From: an uncultured Verrucomicrobiae bacterium | GTDB taxonomy: Bacteria; Verrucomicrobiota; Verrucomicrobiia; Chthoniobacterales; UBA10450 | Length of the DNA stretch: 64,000 bases | Assembly: GCA_963726745.1 (NCBI GenBank) | Contig: CAVSDR010000006.1 | Span: 192,001 to 256,000, forward strand | Direction of reading: 5' to 3' | Shown: positions 1 to 11,200 of the stretch, piece by piece | How positions within the stretch are numbered: the stretch's first letter is position 1 | Layout: the number at the start of each line of letters is the position of its first letter | Position numbers and translations under genes: made by a program | Notes under the pieces: generated by a model | The model's database searches: none | Told to the model about the DNA's origin: nothing | What the model saw: only the letters and a program-made list of their open reading frames with translations

Positions 1-529
1 CGCGCGCAACATCCTGCTGAAATACGACCTCGAGCCCACGCCGATCGCGGTCGACGCCTTCCTCGAGGAATACCTCGACGCGCTCGAGGAATTACTCCCG
101 CAAACCGAGGGGCGCGTCCTCCCGGGCGTGCGCGAAATCCTCGATCACCTCCAGCCAAATCCCGAGCGCGTCCTCGGTCTCCTCACGGGCAATCTCCGCC
201 GCGGCGCCGAGTTGAAGCTGCGGCACTACGGCCTCTGGGATTACTTCGAGTTCGGCGCCTTTGCCGACGATCACCATGACCGAAACGCCCTCGGTGCCTT
301 CGCCCGCCGACGCGCCGCCGAGAAACATGGACACGACTTCGCAGTCGCCCGGATCGACGTGATCGGCGACACCGGGCACGACATTGCCTGCGGCAAAATC
401 TTCGGCGCCCGCACCGTCGCCGTGGCCACCGGCAGCTGGACGCGCGCGCAGCTCACGGCGAAGGAGCCAGACTTCCTCTTTGACGATTTCGCCCAGTTCG
501 AGCAGGCCCTGGCCACGCTCGAATGGTGA
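1..529 (+). CDS. HAD-family hydrolase (phosphoglycolate phosphatase-like), 5' end outside window
   Basis: Open frame runs from the window edge; motifs LLTGN, VIGDTGHD and VAVATG are typical of HAD phosphatases. Confidence 0.8.
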   Translation, partial: ARNILLKYDLEPTPIAVDAFLEEYLDALEELLPQTEGRVLPGVREILDHLQPNPERVLGLLTGNLRRGAELKLRHYGLWDYFEFGAFADDHHDRNALGAFARRRAAEKHGHDFAVARIDVIGDTGHDIACGKIFGARTVAVATGSWTRAQLTAKEPDFLFDDFAQFEQALATLEW

Positions 530-572
530 GGCGATTGACGGCGAGACGGAGAATGACATCTTCCCCGAGACC

Positions 573-899
573 ATGGCCAATTCCCCGATCGACCGCCCGA
601 ACGTCCTCCCGCTGGAAGGCGAAATCGATCTGCACGTTTCCCCGCGCATCGCCGCCTCGTTAGGCGCGATGGTCGCGCAAAAGCCGGCGCAGCTCGTGGT
701 CGATCTCACCCAGGTGAGCTACATCGACAGCTCCGGGCTCGCGGTCTTGATCGAGGCGATGCAGAACGTGGCCGGCTACGGTGGGAAGTTTGCCCTCGCC
801 GGCCTGCAGGAAAGCGTGCGCCCGATCTTCGAAATCGCGCGGCTCGACCAGGTCTTCCGGATTTATCCGGACGTCGACTCCGCGCTCGCGGCTGCCTGA
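573..899 (+). CDS. STAS-domain anti-sigma factor antagonist (RsbV/SpoIIAA-like)
   Basis: LEGEIDL...VVDLTQVSYIDSSGLAVL with the phosphorylatable Ser; ATG at 573. Confidence 0.9.
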   Translation: MANSPIDRPNVLPLEGEIDLHVSPRIAASLGAMVAQKPAQLVVDLTQVSYIDSSGLAVLIEAMQNVAGYGGKFALAGLQESVRPIFEIARLDQVFRIYPDVDSALAAA

Positions 900-1978
900 A
901 GCAGGATTGCGAGCGTCTCCTCGACGTTCCGCTCGATCGGAAACTGCGCGGCCCGCTCGAGGATCTTCGGCCGCGCCGCCGCCCGCCGTGCAGGTTCGCG
1001 CCAATGCTCGATCGCGGCCGCGACCGCCTCGCTATCGTTCTCCGGCAGCACGCTCCCGTGCACGCCATCCTCGATCACTTCCGCAAAGCCGTTCGCCGTC
1101 GTCGTGATCACCGGCAGCCCGCTGGCTAAAGCTTCCAGGCAGGCGTTGGAAAACGGATCGTAAAGCGTCGGCAAAACAAAAAGATCGGCCGCGGCGTAGA
1201 GCGCCGGCACATCGTCGACTTCGTCCAGGAATTGCACCCCGGGCCCGGCATACTTGGCCGCATCCCCTCGCCCCGCGACCAGCAGACGCAACGTCTTGTC
1301 GGCTAATTTCCCCAGCGCCTCGACCGCCTGCCGCAGGCCTTTGCGCTCCCAGCCGGAGCCGACGAAGAGCAGCGCCACTTCCTCCTCCCCTAAATTTAGC
1401 CGGCGCCTGGTCGCCGCGCGGCTTTCGCTCGTTAGGCGAAAACGCTCCAGCGGCACGCCGTTGTAGACCACCTCGATCCGCTCCGCGGGATAACCGGAAG
1501 CTTCGACGATTTCCTCCCGCACCATCGCCGAGTTTGCGATCACGCGGCCCGCGCCGCCGCGGGCGAAAAGTGATTCCTCCAGGCGCAGGACGTCGCCGTG
1601 TTTCCCCCGGTTCAAGGCCATGCTCGCGCGCGTGAGCCAGCCGCCGGCGCGTGCCCGCCGCTCCAGCCAGCTCCGGTGCAAGCCATCGCCCGCGCGGAAG
1701 ACATCGCACTTCCAGACGCGTTCGAGGCTCATGACCACGTCGCATTCCAACCGCATCCGCAAGAGCGTTGCCTGGTCGGCAAACTCCACCGGGCTCCGCC
1801 CGCGCAGGCGCTCGATCGGGCCGCAGGACCACTCGTTAGCCGGCCACTCCGCGCCGGTCACGAGCACAGCTTCGTGCCCCCGCGCCACCAGGCCCGCACC
1901 CAGCCGCTTCAGGTAAGCTTCGGCCCCGCCGCTGCGCGAGTAACCACGGCGCAGAAAAGCGATCTTGAGGGCATCCAT
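863..1978 (-). CDS. Glycosyltransferase family 4 (WaaG/RfaG-like LPS core)
   Basis: GGAE motif, LFVGSGWERKG, PTLYDPFSNACLEALASGLPVI. Confidence 0.88.
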   Translation of the reverse strand: MDALKIAFLRRGYSRSGGAEAYLKRLGAGLVARGHEAVLVTGAEWPANEWSCGPIERLRGRSPVEFADQATLLRMRLECDVVMSLERVWKCDVFRAGDGLHRSWLERRARAGGWLTRASMALNRGKHGDVLRLEESLFARGGAGRVIANSAMVREEIVEASGYPAERIEVVYNGVPLERFRLTSESRAATRRRLNLGEEEVALLFVGSGWERKGLRQAVEALGKLADKTLRLLVAGRGDAAKYAGPGVQFLDEVDDVPALYAAADLFVLPTLYDPFSNACLEALASGLPVITTTANGFAEVIEDGVHGSVLPENDSEAVAAAIEHWREPARRAAARPKILERAAQFPIERNVEETLAILLQAAASAESTSG

Positions 1979-2032
1979 GAAGGCGAGAGCGTGGCTTTAC
2001 TTGGCCGCAATCGCCACAATACTTGCAAGGCC

Positions 2033-3235
2033 ATGCCCGGTGAAACCTTAAACGCGCCGCTGCCGGAAAACGCCGCGCCCGCGTCCTCCGCGCTTCCGCG
2101 GAACATGCTCTATTCGATCTTCGCGCGCATTGGCGGCTCAGGCCTGGACACGGATGCCTTCGAGGCCTTGCGTGCTTCGCATCGCGGGGGTTTTCTCGGG
2201 CGCGCGGTGGCTTACGATAACCGGCAAACGGAGATCCCGGCGAAGCTGATCTACTCGCTCCGCTGGCATCCGGTGCGACTGATCTCCTTCATCGAGCGCC
2301 CCTATTACTACGGTGCGAAAAAGAAGTATCTCGACTGGGTCGCCGCCCGGCAGCTCGAGACCGGACGCTACGATCTTTTCCACAGTTGGTCGGGCGATTG
2401 CCTGCAATCTCTGCGCGTGGCCAAGCGGCGCGGCATCCCCTCGTTAGTCGAAATTCCCACCTGGCACCGCGACCGCGGCAAGACTGGCCCGCGCCCGGCG
2501 GCCACCCCCGCGGGGAAGAAGCCGTGGAAGAAACGGCTCCTGCTCGAGCGCGAGCGTTTCATCGAGGAATACGACCTCGCCGACCTGCTCGTGGTCCTTT
2601 CGGAAAAAGCCGCCGAGACCTTCCGCGTGCAAGGCTTCCCCGAGAGCAAACTTTACTACCTCCCGCGCGGGGTGGACGTCGACCGTTTCCGTCCCGGCGT
2701 GCGGCCGCCGGTCTTTCGCGCGGTTTTTTCCGGCGCGCTGATCGAGCGCAAAGGCATCCATCATTTGCTCGAGGCCTGGCATCGCCTCGACCTGAAGAAC
2801 GCCGAGCTTTGGCTGGTCGGCTCGGTGCATGCGGAAGCCAAGCCGCACCTCGAAAAGTTTCACCGCGACAACATCCGCGTGGTCGGCTTCGCGAAGAATC
2901 CCGAGGAATATCTCAGCCAAAGCACGGTGCACGTTTTCCCTTCGACCTGCGAAGGGAGCGCGAAAGTGACCTACGAAGCCGCGGCCTGCGGATTGCCGCA
3001 AATCACCACGCGCGAAGCGGGCGATGTGGTTGTCGATGGCGTGCAGGGTTTGATCGTGCCGCCTAATAACGTCGACCGCCTGGCGGAAGCGATAAAGCAC
3101 CTCTACGACCACCCGGAAATCGTCGAGCGCATGAGCGTGGCCGCGCGCGAGCGGGTGGTGCAAAACTTCACCTGGGATCACTTCCGCACGCGTCTCCTCA
3201 TCGGCTACCAGCGCGCGATGGCGATGAAGCGCTAG
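2033..3235 (+). CDS. Glycosyltransferase family 4
   Basis: RKGIHHLLEAW, FPSTCEGSAKVTYEAAACGLP; start chosen at ATG 2033. Confidence 0.85.
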   Translation: MPGETLNAPLPENAAPASSALPRNMLYSIFARIGGSGLDTDAFEALRASHRGGFLGRAVAYDNRQTEIPAKLIYSLRWHPVRLISFIERPYYYGAKKKYLDWVAARQLETGRYDLFHSWSGDCLQSLRVAKRRGIPSLVEIPTWHRDRGKTGPRPAATPAGKKPWKKRLLLERERFIEEYDLADLLVVLSEKAAETFRVQGFPESKLYYLPRGVDVDRFRPGVRPPVFRAVFSGALIERKGIHHLLEAWHRLDLKNAELWLVGSVHAEAKPHLEKFHRDNIRVVGFAKNPEEYLSQSTVHVFPSTCEGSAKVTYEAAACGLPQITTREAGDVVVDGVQGLIVPPNNVDRLAEAIKHLYDHPEIVERMSVAARERVVQNFTWDHFRTRLLIGYQRAMAMKR

Positions 3236-3247
3236 CCTCATCGCGGC

Positions 3248-4264
3248 GTGGAAATTCTCCTCCTGCAACTCAAGCGCATCGGCGACTTGATCCTGACCAC
3301 GCCCGCGATCGCGGCGCTCCGCGCGCAGCATCCGAAGGCGCGCATCTCGCTGGTTGTGGCCAGCGACACGCGGCCGCTGCTTCCGGCGATCGAAGGCGTT
3401 GACGAGGTTTTTGTTGCGCGCAAAAAAATCAGCGATGCGGCGAACTGGTTCACGGTCGCGCGGCGGCGTTACGATTACTGCTTCGACTTCACGCGGAACG
3501 ATCGCTCGGCCTTCCTCACCGTGCTTTCCGGCGCGACCAATCGCGTGACCGCGGATCACCCGCGCCTGCGCGCGAAGCTGCGCTCGCTCTCCTATAATGT
3601 GCTCGTCGATCTCGATGTCGGGCGGATGCACACGATCGATTACCACCTCGGCCTGCTCCAGCCGCTCGGGATTCGCGACGCCTCGACCGCGCTCCATTTG
3701 CGCCTGCCGGCGGAAGCGATCGCAGAAGCCGAGGCCGCGCTCGCGGCGCATAAAATAGCCGGCAACTTCGTGCTCCTGCATCCCGGCTCGGCGCGGGCGG
3801 AGAAGTTCTGGGAAGCGGAGCGCTGGGCAGAAATCATCGCCTGGGCCAACGCGCAAAAATTAGCCTGCATTCTCAGCGGCAGTCCGGCAGCGCTGGAGCA
3901 AGGCCACCTCCAGGCGATCGCCGCGCGCGCAACCGAACCCTTCGTTAGCCTGGCGGGAAAGCTGAGCCTGCTCGGCCTCGCGGCCTTGATCGCGCGCGCC
4001 CGCCTCCTGGTCACGGTCGACAGCGCGCCGATGCATTTCGCCGCCGCCAGCGGGACGCCGCAGGTGGTTTTGTTCGGCCCAACGAATCCAACACACTGGC
4101 ATCCACGCGGCACGCCGGCGCTGGTTTTGCAGGCCGGACACGACGCGCCCACGACGGTTTTCCGCCCGAAGGAGAAGGGCGCGCCGATGAACCTCATCTC
4201 GACGGCTCAGGTCATCGATGCTATGGAAGCGCTGCTGGCGGCGCCGCCCGTCGCGCCTTTATGA
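3248..4264 (+). CDS. LPS heptosyltransferase (GT9; WaaQ/WaaF-like)
   Basis: ILLLQLKRIGDLILTTP N-terminus; VTVDSAPMHFAAA and VVLFGPT motifs. Confidence 0.88.
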   Translation: MEILLLQLKRIGDLILTTPAIAALRAQHPKARISLVVASDTRPLLPAIEGVDEVFVARKKISDAANWFTVARRRYDYCFDFTRNDRSAFLTVLSGATNRVTADHPRLRAKLRSLSYNVLVDLDVGRMHTIDYHLGLLQPLGIRDASTALHLRLPAEAIAEAEAALAAHKIAGNFVLLHPGSARAEKFWEAERWAEIIAWANAQKLACILSGSPAALEQGHLQAIAARATEPFVSLAGKLSLLGLAALIARARLLVTVDSAPMHFAAASGTPQVVLFGPTNPTHWHPRGTPALVLQAGHDAPTTVFRPKEKGAPMNLISTAQVIDAMEALLAAPPVAPL

Positions 4265-6148
4265 GCGGAGCCAACGCACCCAAAATCAAGCGCTCCATCT
4301 GGGAGACGATCAAGGCCGGCTCGGGTCCATACCGCCGCCTCTTCCAATATGTGAAGCCCTACAAGTGGCGCTTCATCATCGGGCTCTTCTTCGGTTTCCT
4401 TTACGGCGCGATCAACGGCGTCCTCCCGATCGTTCTCGGCAAGGTCATGGCCTTCGTCTTTCACGGTGGACCGATGAACACCCAGGCGCTTCTGCAAAAT
4501 CGCGACGCGCTCGCGACCGGGCCGAAGATCGACTCGCTGCTCACGCTTTGCCTTGCGATTCCCGCGGTCATGATGGCCCGCAGCGCCTGCTCCTTCGCGA
4601 ACAGCTACTACATGGCCTGGGTGAGCAACAAAGTGCTGACTGATATCCGCACGCAGCTTTTCCAGAAAATCCTCAGCCACTCGATGGATTACTTCAACAA
4701 GGCGCGTTCCGGCTTCCTGATGTCGCGAATCACGAACGACACCCGCATGATGCAGATGGCGCTTTCGTCCATCAGCAGCGACCTCTTTAAGCAACCGGTC
4801 GCGATCGTCAGCGGTGTGGCCGTTTTGCTTTATCTCGACTGGCGTTTCACCCTGGTCACGCTGGTGCTTTTCCCGGTCTGCATCATCCCGATCAGCATTT
4901 ACGGACGGCGCGCCCGCCGCGCGGCCAAGAACGAGCAGGAAGACATGGGCCAAATGGTCGTGACCATGCAGGAAACCTTCGCCGGCATCCGCGTGATCAA
5001 GTCGTTCGCGCGGGAAGATTACCAGGACCGGATTTTCCGCCGGAGCAACAAGCTGCAATTTGATAATGCCATCCGCATCGTTCGCGCGATGGAGTCCGTC
5101 GGTCCTTTGGTGGAAACGATCGCCGCGCTCGGCGTCGGCATGGCTTTGCTCTACGTTTACTTTAGCGGGGTGAGCGCGGCGAAATTCCTCGCGCTCAACG
5201 CCGGCATTTTCCTGCTCTACGAGCCAATCAAAACGCTCAGCCGCATCCAGGTGGTGATGGAGCGCTCGATCCAGGCGACCACCGGCATCTTCGACATTCT
5301 CGACAGCCAGCCTTCCGTGGTCGACGCGCCCGAGCGCGGTGGCGCTACCGCCTTCGCGCGGGCACATTGCGCTGGAGAACGTGACCTTCCAATACGCCGG
5401 CGGGAACACGAACGCGGTCGAGAACATCTCGCTCGTGATCGAGACCGGAAAAACCTATGCGCTCGTGGGCGCGAGCGGCGCCGGCAAGAGCACCATTCTT
5501 TCGCTCCTGCTGCGACTCTACGATCCGACCGCCGGCCGCATCCGGATCGATGGGAACGATCTCCGCGAAGTGACCCAGCGTTCGCTCCGTGAACAGATCG
5601 GGCTGGTCACGCAGGAGACCTTCCTGTTTCACGACACCATCTTCAACAACATCAAATTCGGCCGGCTCGATGCGACCAAGGACGAAGTCTACGCCGCCGC
5701 GCAGGCCGCGTTCGCGCACGACTTCGTGATGGCGCAGCCGCAGGGCTACGAGACCATCGTGGGCGACAAAGGCTGTCTTCTTTCCGGTGGCCAGCAGCAG
5801 CGCCTCGCGATCGCGCGCGCCCTGCTTAAGAACGCGCCCATTCTCCTGCTCGACGAAGCTACGTCCGCGCTCGATTCCGAGTCGGAAAAGCAAATCCAGA
5901 TCGCGCTCGAGAATCTTTCCGCGGGCCGCACCGTGATCGCGATCGCGCACCGCCTCTCGACCATTTTGTCGGCTGACCAGATCGTGGTCATGGAAAGTGG
6001 TCACATCAAGGAAGTGGGCACGCATCGGCAGTTGATGGATCAATCCGGCTATTACCGGCGCCTCTACGATATGCAGTTCCTCCACGGCCAGGGCGAGCTC
6101 GAAACGCCCGCGCCGGACGCGCCCTTCCTGGTCGAAGCGCTGACCTAG
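4261..6148 (+). CDS. msbA: Lipid A export ABC transporter MsbA-like (TMD+NBD); one frameshift near 5335
   Basis: TM domain in ORF 4261..5592 continues into the NBD in ORF 5339..6148 (GASGAGKS, LSGGQQQR, DEATSALD); lies in an LPS gene cluster. Confidence 0.8.
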
Positions 6149-6158
6149 CCGCCACGCC

Positions 6159-6983
6159 ATGCAACGCCGGCACATCAAGTGGTTCCCGATCGCCGCGGCG
6201 CTGCTGATTTTCGCCTGGCAATACTTCGGCTCGGAAAAATTCGTTAATCCTGAGACCGGCCGCGCAAGCCACGTGGGGATGTCCACCGAACAGGAAGCCG
6301 CGCTGGGAATGCAGACCTATCGGCAGGTGATTGCGCAGGCGCAGCCGATCACTTCCGGCAGTGATTACGAGACGGTGAAACGCGTCGCCGGCCGCCTGGC
6401 CACGGCCACCGGTGCCGCCGGGAACAAATTCGACTGGCAGGTCTCGTTGATTCGCGACAGCCAGCAAAATGCCTTCTGTCTGCCGGGAGGAAAGATTGTC
6501 GTCTACACCGGCATTCTCCCAGTGACCGCGAATGAGGCCGGCCTGGCGACGGTCATGGGCCACGAGATGGCGCACGCGATTTCCCGCCATGGCGCCCAGC
6601 GCGTCCTCCAGCAAAATCTTACCCAGACCGCGATGGCGGGCGTGGCCGCCTCGCTTTCCGACATGGATTACGACCGGCAACGCGCGGTCATGGGCGCGCT
6701 CGGCGCCGGCGCGCGCTTCGGCGTGCTCATGCCTTTCAGTCGCAAGCACGAGACGGAAGCGGACGAGATCGGCCTGCACTACATGGCGCGGGCGGGTTAC
6801 GACCCGCAGGAGGCGATTCGCTTTTGGACACGCATGGAACGAGCCGGGGGCGCGCAGCCGCCGGAGTTCATGTCCACGCACCCATCGCATGGGACGCGCG
6901 TAGCCCAGCTCGAGGCCGAGCTCCCGAAGGCGCTCGAGGAATACCGCCACATCCTGCCGGCTAACGAGTCAGCACAGCGTTAA
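6159..6983 (+). CDS. M48 family zinc metallopeptidase
   Basis: NAFCLPGG, HEMAH, FSRKHETEADEIG, STHP. Confidence 0.9.
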   Translation: MQRRHIKWFPIAAALLIFAWQYFGSEKFVNPETGRASHVGMSTEQEAALGMQTYRQVIAQAQPITSGSDYETVKRVAGRLATATGAAGNKFDWQVSLIRDSQQNAFCLPGGKIVVYTGILPVTANEAGLATVMGHEMAHAISRHGAQRVLQQNLTQTAMAGVAASLSDMDYDRQRAVMGALGAGARFGVLMPFSRKHETEADEIGLHYMARAGYDPQEAIRFWTRMERAGGAQPPEFMSTHPSHGTRVAQLEAELPKALEEYRHILPANESAQR

Positions 6984-7507
6984 ACGCGGCCAGCCGCGCG
7001 GCGTGGTCCGCGTCGCTGAGCACCGCCTCGAGCGCCGAGCTCCGCGGAATGAGCCGGCAACTTCACCCACGAGCGGCAGCCGCCGTAAGCCGGTAGCTCC
7101 GGCAGAATCCAGGGCGCAGCCAACCGGAACACGCGCACGAAAGCGACGTGAATCCCCGGCGCCTCATCATACTCAAAACGCTCGCGCACCACCTCGCTCC
7201 GGAGGACATGGAAAGGCTCCAGCGCCGCCGCCGTTTCCCACGAAGTGACCACCGCGGTGCGCTCAATCCGCGCGCAGAACTCCAGCCGCACCTCCCCTTC
7301 CCGCCGTTCCGGGATGAAGTGGTCGGCTAATTTTGTCCGCTCCGCCTGCTCGTGGAAAAAAGTCGGGAAAAGCAAGAACTCCGGGTGCCGGAAAGCAAAA
7401 CCGTCGCGCCCCTCCGCGATCCCGCCTTTGCGCAGCAGAATCGTCTGTGCGCCGCGGCCGAGCGCGGCGCAGACGATGGCCCATTCCTTGAAACCGACGC
7501 TTTCCAT
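6961..7507 (-). CDS. DUF1802 family protein; probable frameshift near the 3' end (true end ...VLSDADHAARLAAFNAVLTR*)
   Basis: FKEWA.V..ALG.G.Q.ILLRKGGI.E, FLLFPT.FH and YGGCRSW signatures; the shifted frame gives a natural VLSD tail ending at TAG 6961-6963. Confidence 0.75.
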
Positions 7508-7536
7508 TTCTCGCGCGCGAAACTAGCCTTCCGGCG

Positions 7537-8262
7537 ATGCCGTTCAACATCGACCTGCACACGCACACCTTCTTCTCCGGTGACGGCGTTTCGAGCCCCG
7601 AGGAGAACATCGCCTCCGCTCGCGCCAAGGGTTTGCATGGTCTCGCGGTGACCGATCACAACACCTCCGATGCGGTCGCCTACCTGCTCGACAAGGGCCT
7701 CATGCGCGAGGATGGCCTGCCGGTCGACGGCTTTCTCGTCATCCCCGGCCAGGAGGTGACCACGCGCGAAGGCCACCTGCTTTGCATCGGCGCGACGCTG
7801 CCCGACTTGAAAGGCACGCCCGCGCGCGACGTCTGCGAAATGATCCACGAACGCGGCGGCCTCGCGATCCCCCCGCATCCCTACGATCTCTTCCGCGCCG
7901 GCATTCGCTATCAAACGCTCGAGACTCTGCCGATCGATGCGCTCGAGGTTTTCAACGCCGCGACCACGCTCCGGCGTTACAACAACTTCGCCTTCGAGTA
8001 TGCCCAGGCTCGCGGCCTGCCGATGACCGCCGCGAGCGACGCCCACCACGCCGACGCCCTTGGCACTGCCTACACCATCCTGAACACCGAAGACTTCAGC
8101 GTAAAAGGCCTCCTCGCGCAGATTTTGAAGAGCAACGAGTTGAACCAGCACTACCTCACCCCGCGCGACAGCGTCCGGAAGACCTGGAACAACTGGATGC
8201 GCCTCCGCCGCAAGAAAAAGCTCCCGGAATCCGCCGCCAAGTTCGAGCACCTGGCGCACTGA
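7537..8262 (+). CDS. PHP-domain phosphoesterase
   Basis: DLHTHT, AVTDHN, PPHP, ASDAH. Confidence 0.88.
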   Translation: MPFNIDLHTHTFFSGDGVSSPEENIASARAKGLHGLAVTDHNTSDAVAYLLDKGLMREDGLPVDGFLVIPGQEVTTREGHLLCIGATLPDLKGTPARDVCEMIHERGGLAIPPHPYDLFRAGIRYQTLETLPIDALEVFNAATTLRRYNNFAFEYAQARGLPMTAASDAHHADALGTAYTILNTEDFSVKGLLAQILKSNELNQHYLTPRDSVRKTWNNWMRLRRKKKLPESAAKFEHLAH

Positions 8263-8271
8263 AGTTGCCGG

Positions 8272-10371
8272 CTATTCCAGCAGGCGGGCCAGTTCCGCGG
8301 GCTTCGTCACCGGCGCTTTGCAGGTGAAGTTTTCGCAGACGTAAATCGCCGGCTGGCCGTCCACCGGTTTCATGGCCTGGACCGCTTCGTCGTTCCCATC
8401 TGCGGCGTGGAGGAGAATCTTATGCGGGAGAAAATGGCGATGCACTTCCTGTAGCAACGCCTGCGCGTTTTCCGTTTTCGTCTCCCCCGCGAGCACGATC
8501 TGGCGCGGCTTGCCTAACGAGTAATCGAGCGCGACCAGCATCTGCGGCAGCGCCGTGGGCACACGAGTCAAAGTGCCGGCAAAAGCCGCGATGGTTTTCC
8601 CGGCTCGCTCCCGCAACGCCGGGTCGTCGCGCATTTGCGCGAGGCGCAGGAGATTAAGCGCCGCGACGGAACTGGCGGCCGGCTCGGCGCCGTCGTTGTC
8701 CTCCTTCAGCCGCAGGAGAATGCTCGCGTCTTGCCCGGTAACGCTAAAATAGCCGCCCTCCTTTTCGTCGAAAAAGAGCCGGTCCTGCGTCGCCTGCAGC
8801 TCGAGCGCCAGCCGCAGCCAGGCGCCCTCAAACGAGGCCTCGTAAAGATCGAGCAAGCCCTGGATGGCAAAAGCGTAGTCGTCGGCAAATCCTTCCACCG
8901 CGCTCCGGCCTTCGCGGTAATTCCGCACCAGCTTTTTCGTCTTCGGCTCGTAGAGATGCTCGCGCAGACACTCGGCCGCGCGCGTCGCCGCTGTCAGGTA
9001 GTCCGCGTCGCCCAGGACCTGCGCCGCGCGCGCAAAGGCGGAGATCATGAGCCCGTTCCAGGCGGTGATGATTTTGTCGTCGAGATGCGGCCGCGGCCGT
9101 TTCGCGCGCAGTTCGAGCAGTCGCGCGCGCGCCGCCGCAGCTTGTCGGCTATTTCCTCTTTCGCTTTGTCGAAGCGCTTGCGCCGTCTCGCCTAACGAGT
9201 GACGCTGGATGAGGATATTTTTCCCGGTGAACTCGCCGTGCGGATCGGAACCCGCAGGCGCGTTCCCATCGGCTTCCACGCCGTAGTGGAAGTTGAAGAT
9301 GCTGGCTGTTTCCCCGAGCGCCTGGTCGATCTCCGCCTGCGTCCAGACGTAGAACGCACCCTCGGCGTGCTCCGGTTTTCCGTGCGCGATCACGCTGTCG
9401 GCATCCTCCGCGGAGAAGAAGCCGCCCTCCGGCGCGAGCAAGTCGCGGCGGACGTAATCGAGCACGTCGCGCGCGGTCGCCTCGAATTCCGGCGCACGCG
9501 TGATCTGGAACGCGTCGAGGTAGGCGCTGGCCAGTTGCGCCTGGTCGTAGAGCATTTTTTCGAAGTGCGGCACGTGCCAGTAGGTATCGACCGAGTAGCG
9601 CGCAAAACCGCCGCCGAGGTGATCGTGCATTCCGCCCGCGGCCATTTTCCGCAGGGTGAAAAGCGCCATCTCGAGGGCGTGTTTCCCCTCGGTGCTCTGC
9701 CGGTCGCGCGCGTAAACGCGCAGGAGAAAGTTGAGCATCACCGGCCGGGGAAATTTCGGTGCGCTCCCGAAGCCGCCTTCGTGCGCATCGTAGCTCCGCG
9801 CGATCTGCCCGTAGGCCGCATGCAGCGGCGCGGCGCTTAATTTCTCCCGCTCCTGCTCGCTCGCGCTGGAGGCTTCGCGCAAGGCCGCGACGATCCGCGT
9901 CCCCTGCTCCTCGATCTTCGCCCGGTCGTTCTTCCACGCGTCGGCGATCCGGTGAAGCACGTCCTTGAAGCCCGGCTGGCCGTAGCGGCTTTCCGGCGGA
10001 AAATAGGTGCCGCCGACAAACGGCTTCAGCTCCGGGGTGAGCCAGACACTCATCGGCCAGCCGCCGTGGCCGGTGGTCGCCTGCACGAAAGTCATGTAAA
10101 CGCGGTCGACATCCGGCCGCTCCTCGCGGTCGACTTTCACGTTCACGAACTCGCGGTTCATGATCTCCGCGACGGCTGGGTCCTCGAAAGACTCGTGCGC
10201 CATCACGTGGCACCAATGGCAGGTCGAGTAGCCCACGGAGAGAAAGATCGGTTTGTTCTCCGTGCGCGCTTTCTCGAAGGCTTCCTCGCCCCACGGAAAC
10301 CAGTCGACCGGGTTCTCGGCATGCTGCAGGAGGTAAGGAGATTTTTCGTGGGCCAGGCGGTTCTTTGGCAT
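8272..10371 (-). CDS. YyaL/SSP411-like thioredoxin-domain protein (DUF255 plus six-hairpin domain)
   Basis: [42 protein letters not shown] at 10371. Confidence 0.9.
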   Translation of the reverse strand: MPKNRLAHEKSPYLLQHAENPVDWFPWGEEAFEKARTENKPIFLSVGYSTCHWCHVMAHESFEDPAVAEIMNREFVNVKVDREERPDVDRVYMTFVQATTGHGGWPMSVWLTPELKPFVGGTYFPPESRYGQPGFKDVLHRIADAWKNDRAKIEEQGTRIVAALREASSASEQEREKLSAAPLHAAYGQIARSYDAHEGGFGSAPKFPRPVMLNFLLRVYARDRQSTEGKHALEMALFTLRKMAAGGMHDHLGGGFARYSVDTYWHVPHFEKMLYDQAQLASAYLDAFQITRAPEFEATARDVLDYVRRDLLAPEGGFFSAEDADSVIAHGKPEHAEGAFYVWTQAEIDQALGETASIFNFHYGVEADGNAPAGSDPHGEFTGKNILIQRHSLGETAQALRQSERGNSRQAAAARARLLELRAKRPRPHLDDKIITAWNGLMISAFARAAQVLGDADYLTAATRAAECLREHLYEPKTKKLVRNYREGRSAVEGFADDYAFAIQGLLDLYEASFEGAWLRLALELQATQDRLFFDEKEGGYFSVTGQDASILLRLKEDNDGAEPAASSVAALNLLRLAQMRDDPALRERAGKTIAAFAGTLTRVPTALPQMLVALDYSLGKPRQIVLAGETKTENAQALLQEVHRHFLPHKILLHAADGNDEAVQAMKPVDGQPAIYVCENFTCKAPVTKPAELARLLE

Positions 10372-10376
10372 CGAGG

Positions 10377-10465
10377 GGAAAGTTCGAGCGTCGAACGCAG
10401 ATCGTCGAACGCGGAATTTCCCGATGTGGTCATTCGACGGGCGACGTTCGACGTTCGACCTTTCC
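10377..10465. repeat. Imperfect ~33-bp inverted repeat built from GTCGAAC/GTTCGAC heptamers in a divergent intergenic region
   Basis: Left arm GGAAAGTTCGAGCGTCGAACGCAGATCGTCGAA versus reverse complement of right arm GGAAAGGTCGAACGTCGAACGTCGCCCGTCGAA. Confidence 0.75.
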
Positions 10466-10471
10466 GGCTTG

Positions 10472-11200
10472 ATGACCCTCGCGCTCCTCCTGGCCGGCAT
10501 CCTCGTGGTCGCGTTTCTCTATTCCTCCGTCGGCCACGCGGGCGCTTCCGGCTACATCGCGGTCATGACCCTGGCCGGTCTCACGGCTACGACCATTCGC
10601 CCGACCGCGCTCCTCCTGAACATTCTCGTGGCCTGCATCGGCTCCTACCAATTCTGGCGCGCGGGGCATTTCTCCTGGCCGCTCTTTTGGCCATTCGCGC
10701 TTCTCTCGGTGCCGCTGGCGTATCTGGGCGGCTCGCTGCACGTCGCGACCTGGATCTTGAAGCCGCTCCTCGGCGGCGTGCTGCTCTTCTCGGCGGCGCG
10801 GCTTTTCTTTCGCACCGGCGATCCCGCGGAAACGATGCCGCCCTCGCGGCCGGTCGCGACAGCGGTGGGCGCGGGCATCGGTTTCCTCTCCGGCCTCACC
10901 GGGACGGGCGGCGGGATTTTTCTCACACCGCTCCTGCTCTTCGCGCGCTGGACTTACCTGAAACGCGCAGCCGCGATCTCGGTGGTTTTTATTTTAGTGA
11001 ACTCGACCGCTGGTCTCGCTGGCTATCTCTCGAGTGGGCAGCCGATGCCGCGGCTCGCCTGGACCTTGGCGCCTGCGGCCGTCGTCGCCGGCGCGCTCGG
11101 CTCCTATCTCGGCAGCCGGCGCTTCCCGGTGCGCACGATTTCGTTGCTGCTGGCGAGCGTGCTCGTGATCGCGGGGTTCAAGCTCATCTTTACGCGCTGA
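10472..11200 (+). CDS. Sulfite exporter TauE/SafE (TSUP) family membrane protein
   Basis: [28 protein letters not shown]; multiple TM segments. Confidence 0.88.
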   Translation: MTLALLLAGILVVAFLYSSVGHAGASGYIAVMTLAGLTATTIRPTALLLNILVACIGSYQFWRAGHFSWPLFWPFALLSVPLAYLGGSLHVATWILKPLLGGVLLFSAARLFFRTGDPAETMPPSRPVATAVGAGIGFLSGLTGTGGGIFLTPLLLFARWTYLKRAAAISVVFILVNSTAGLAGYLSSGQPMPRLAWTLAPAAVVAGALGSYLGSRRFPVRTISLLLASVLVIAGFKLIFTR

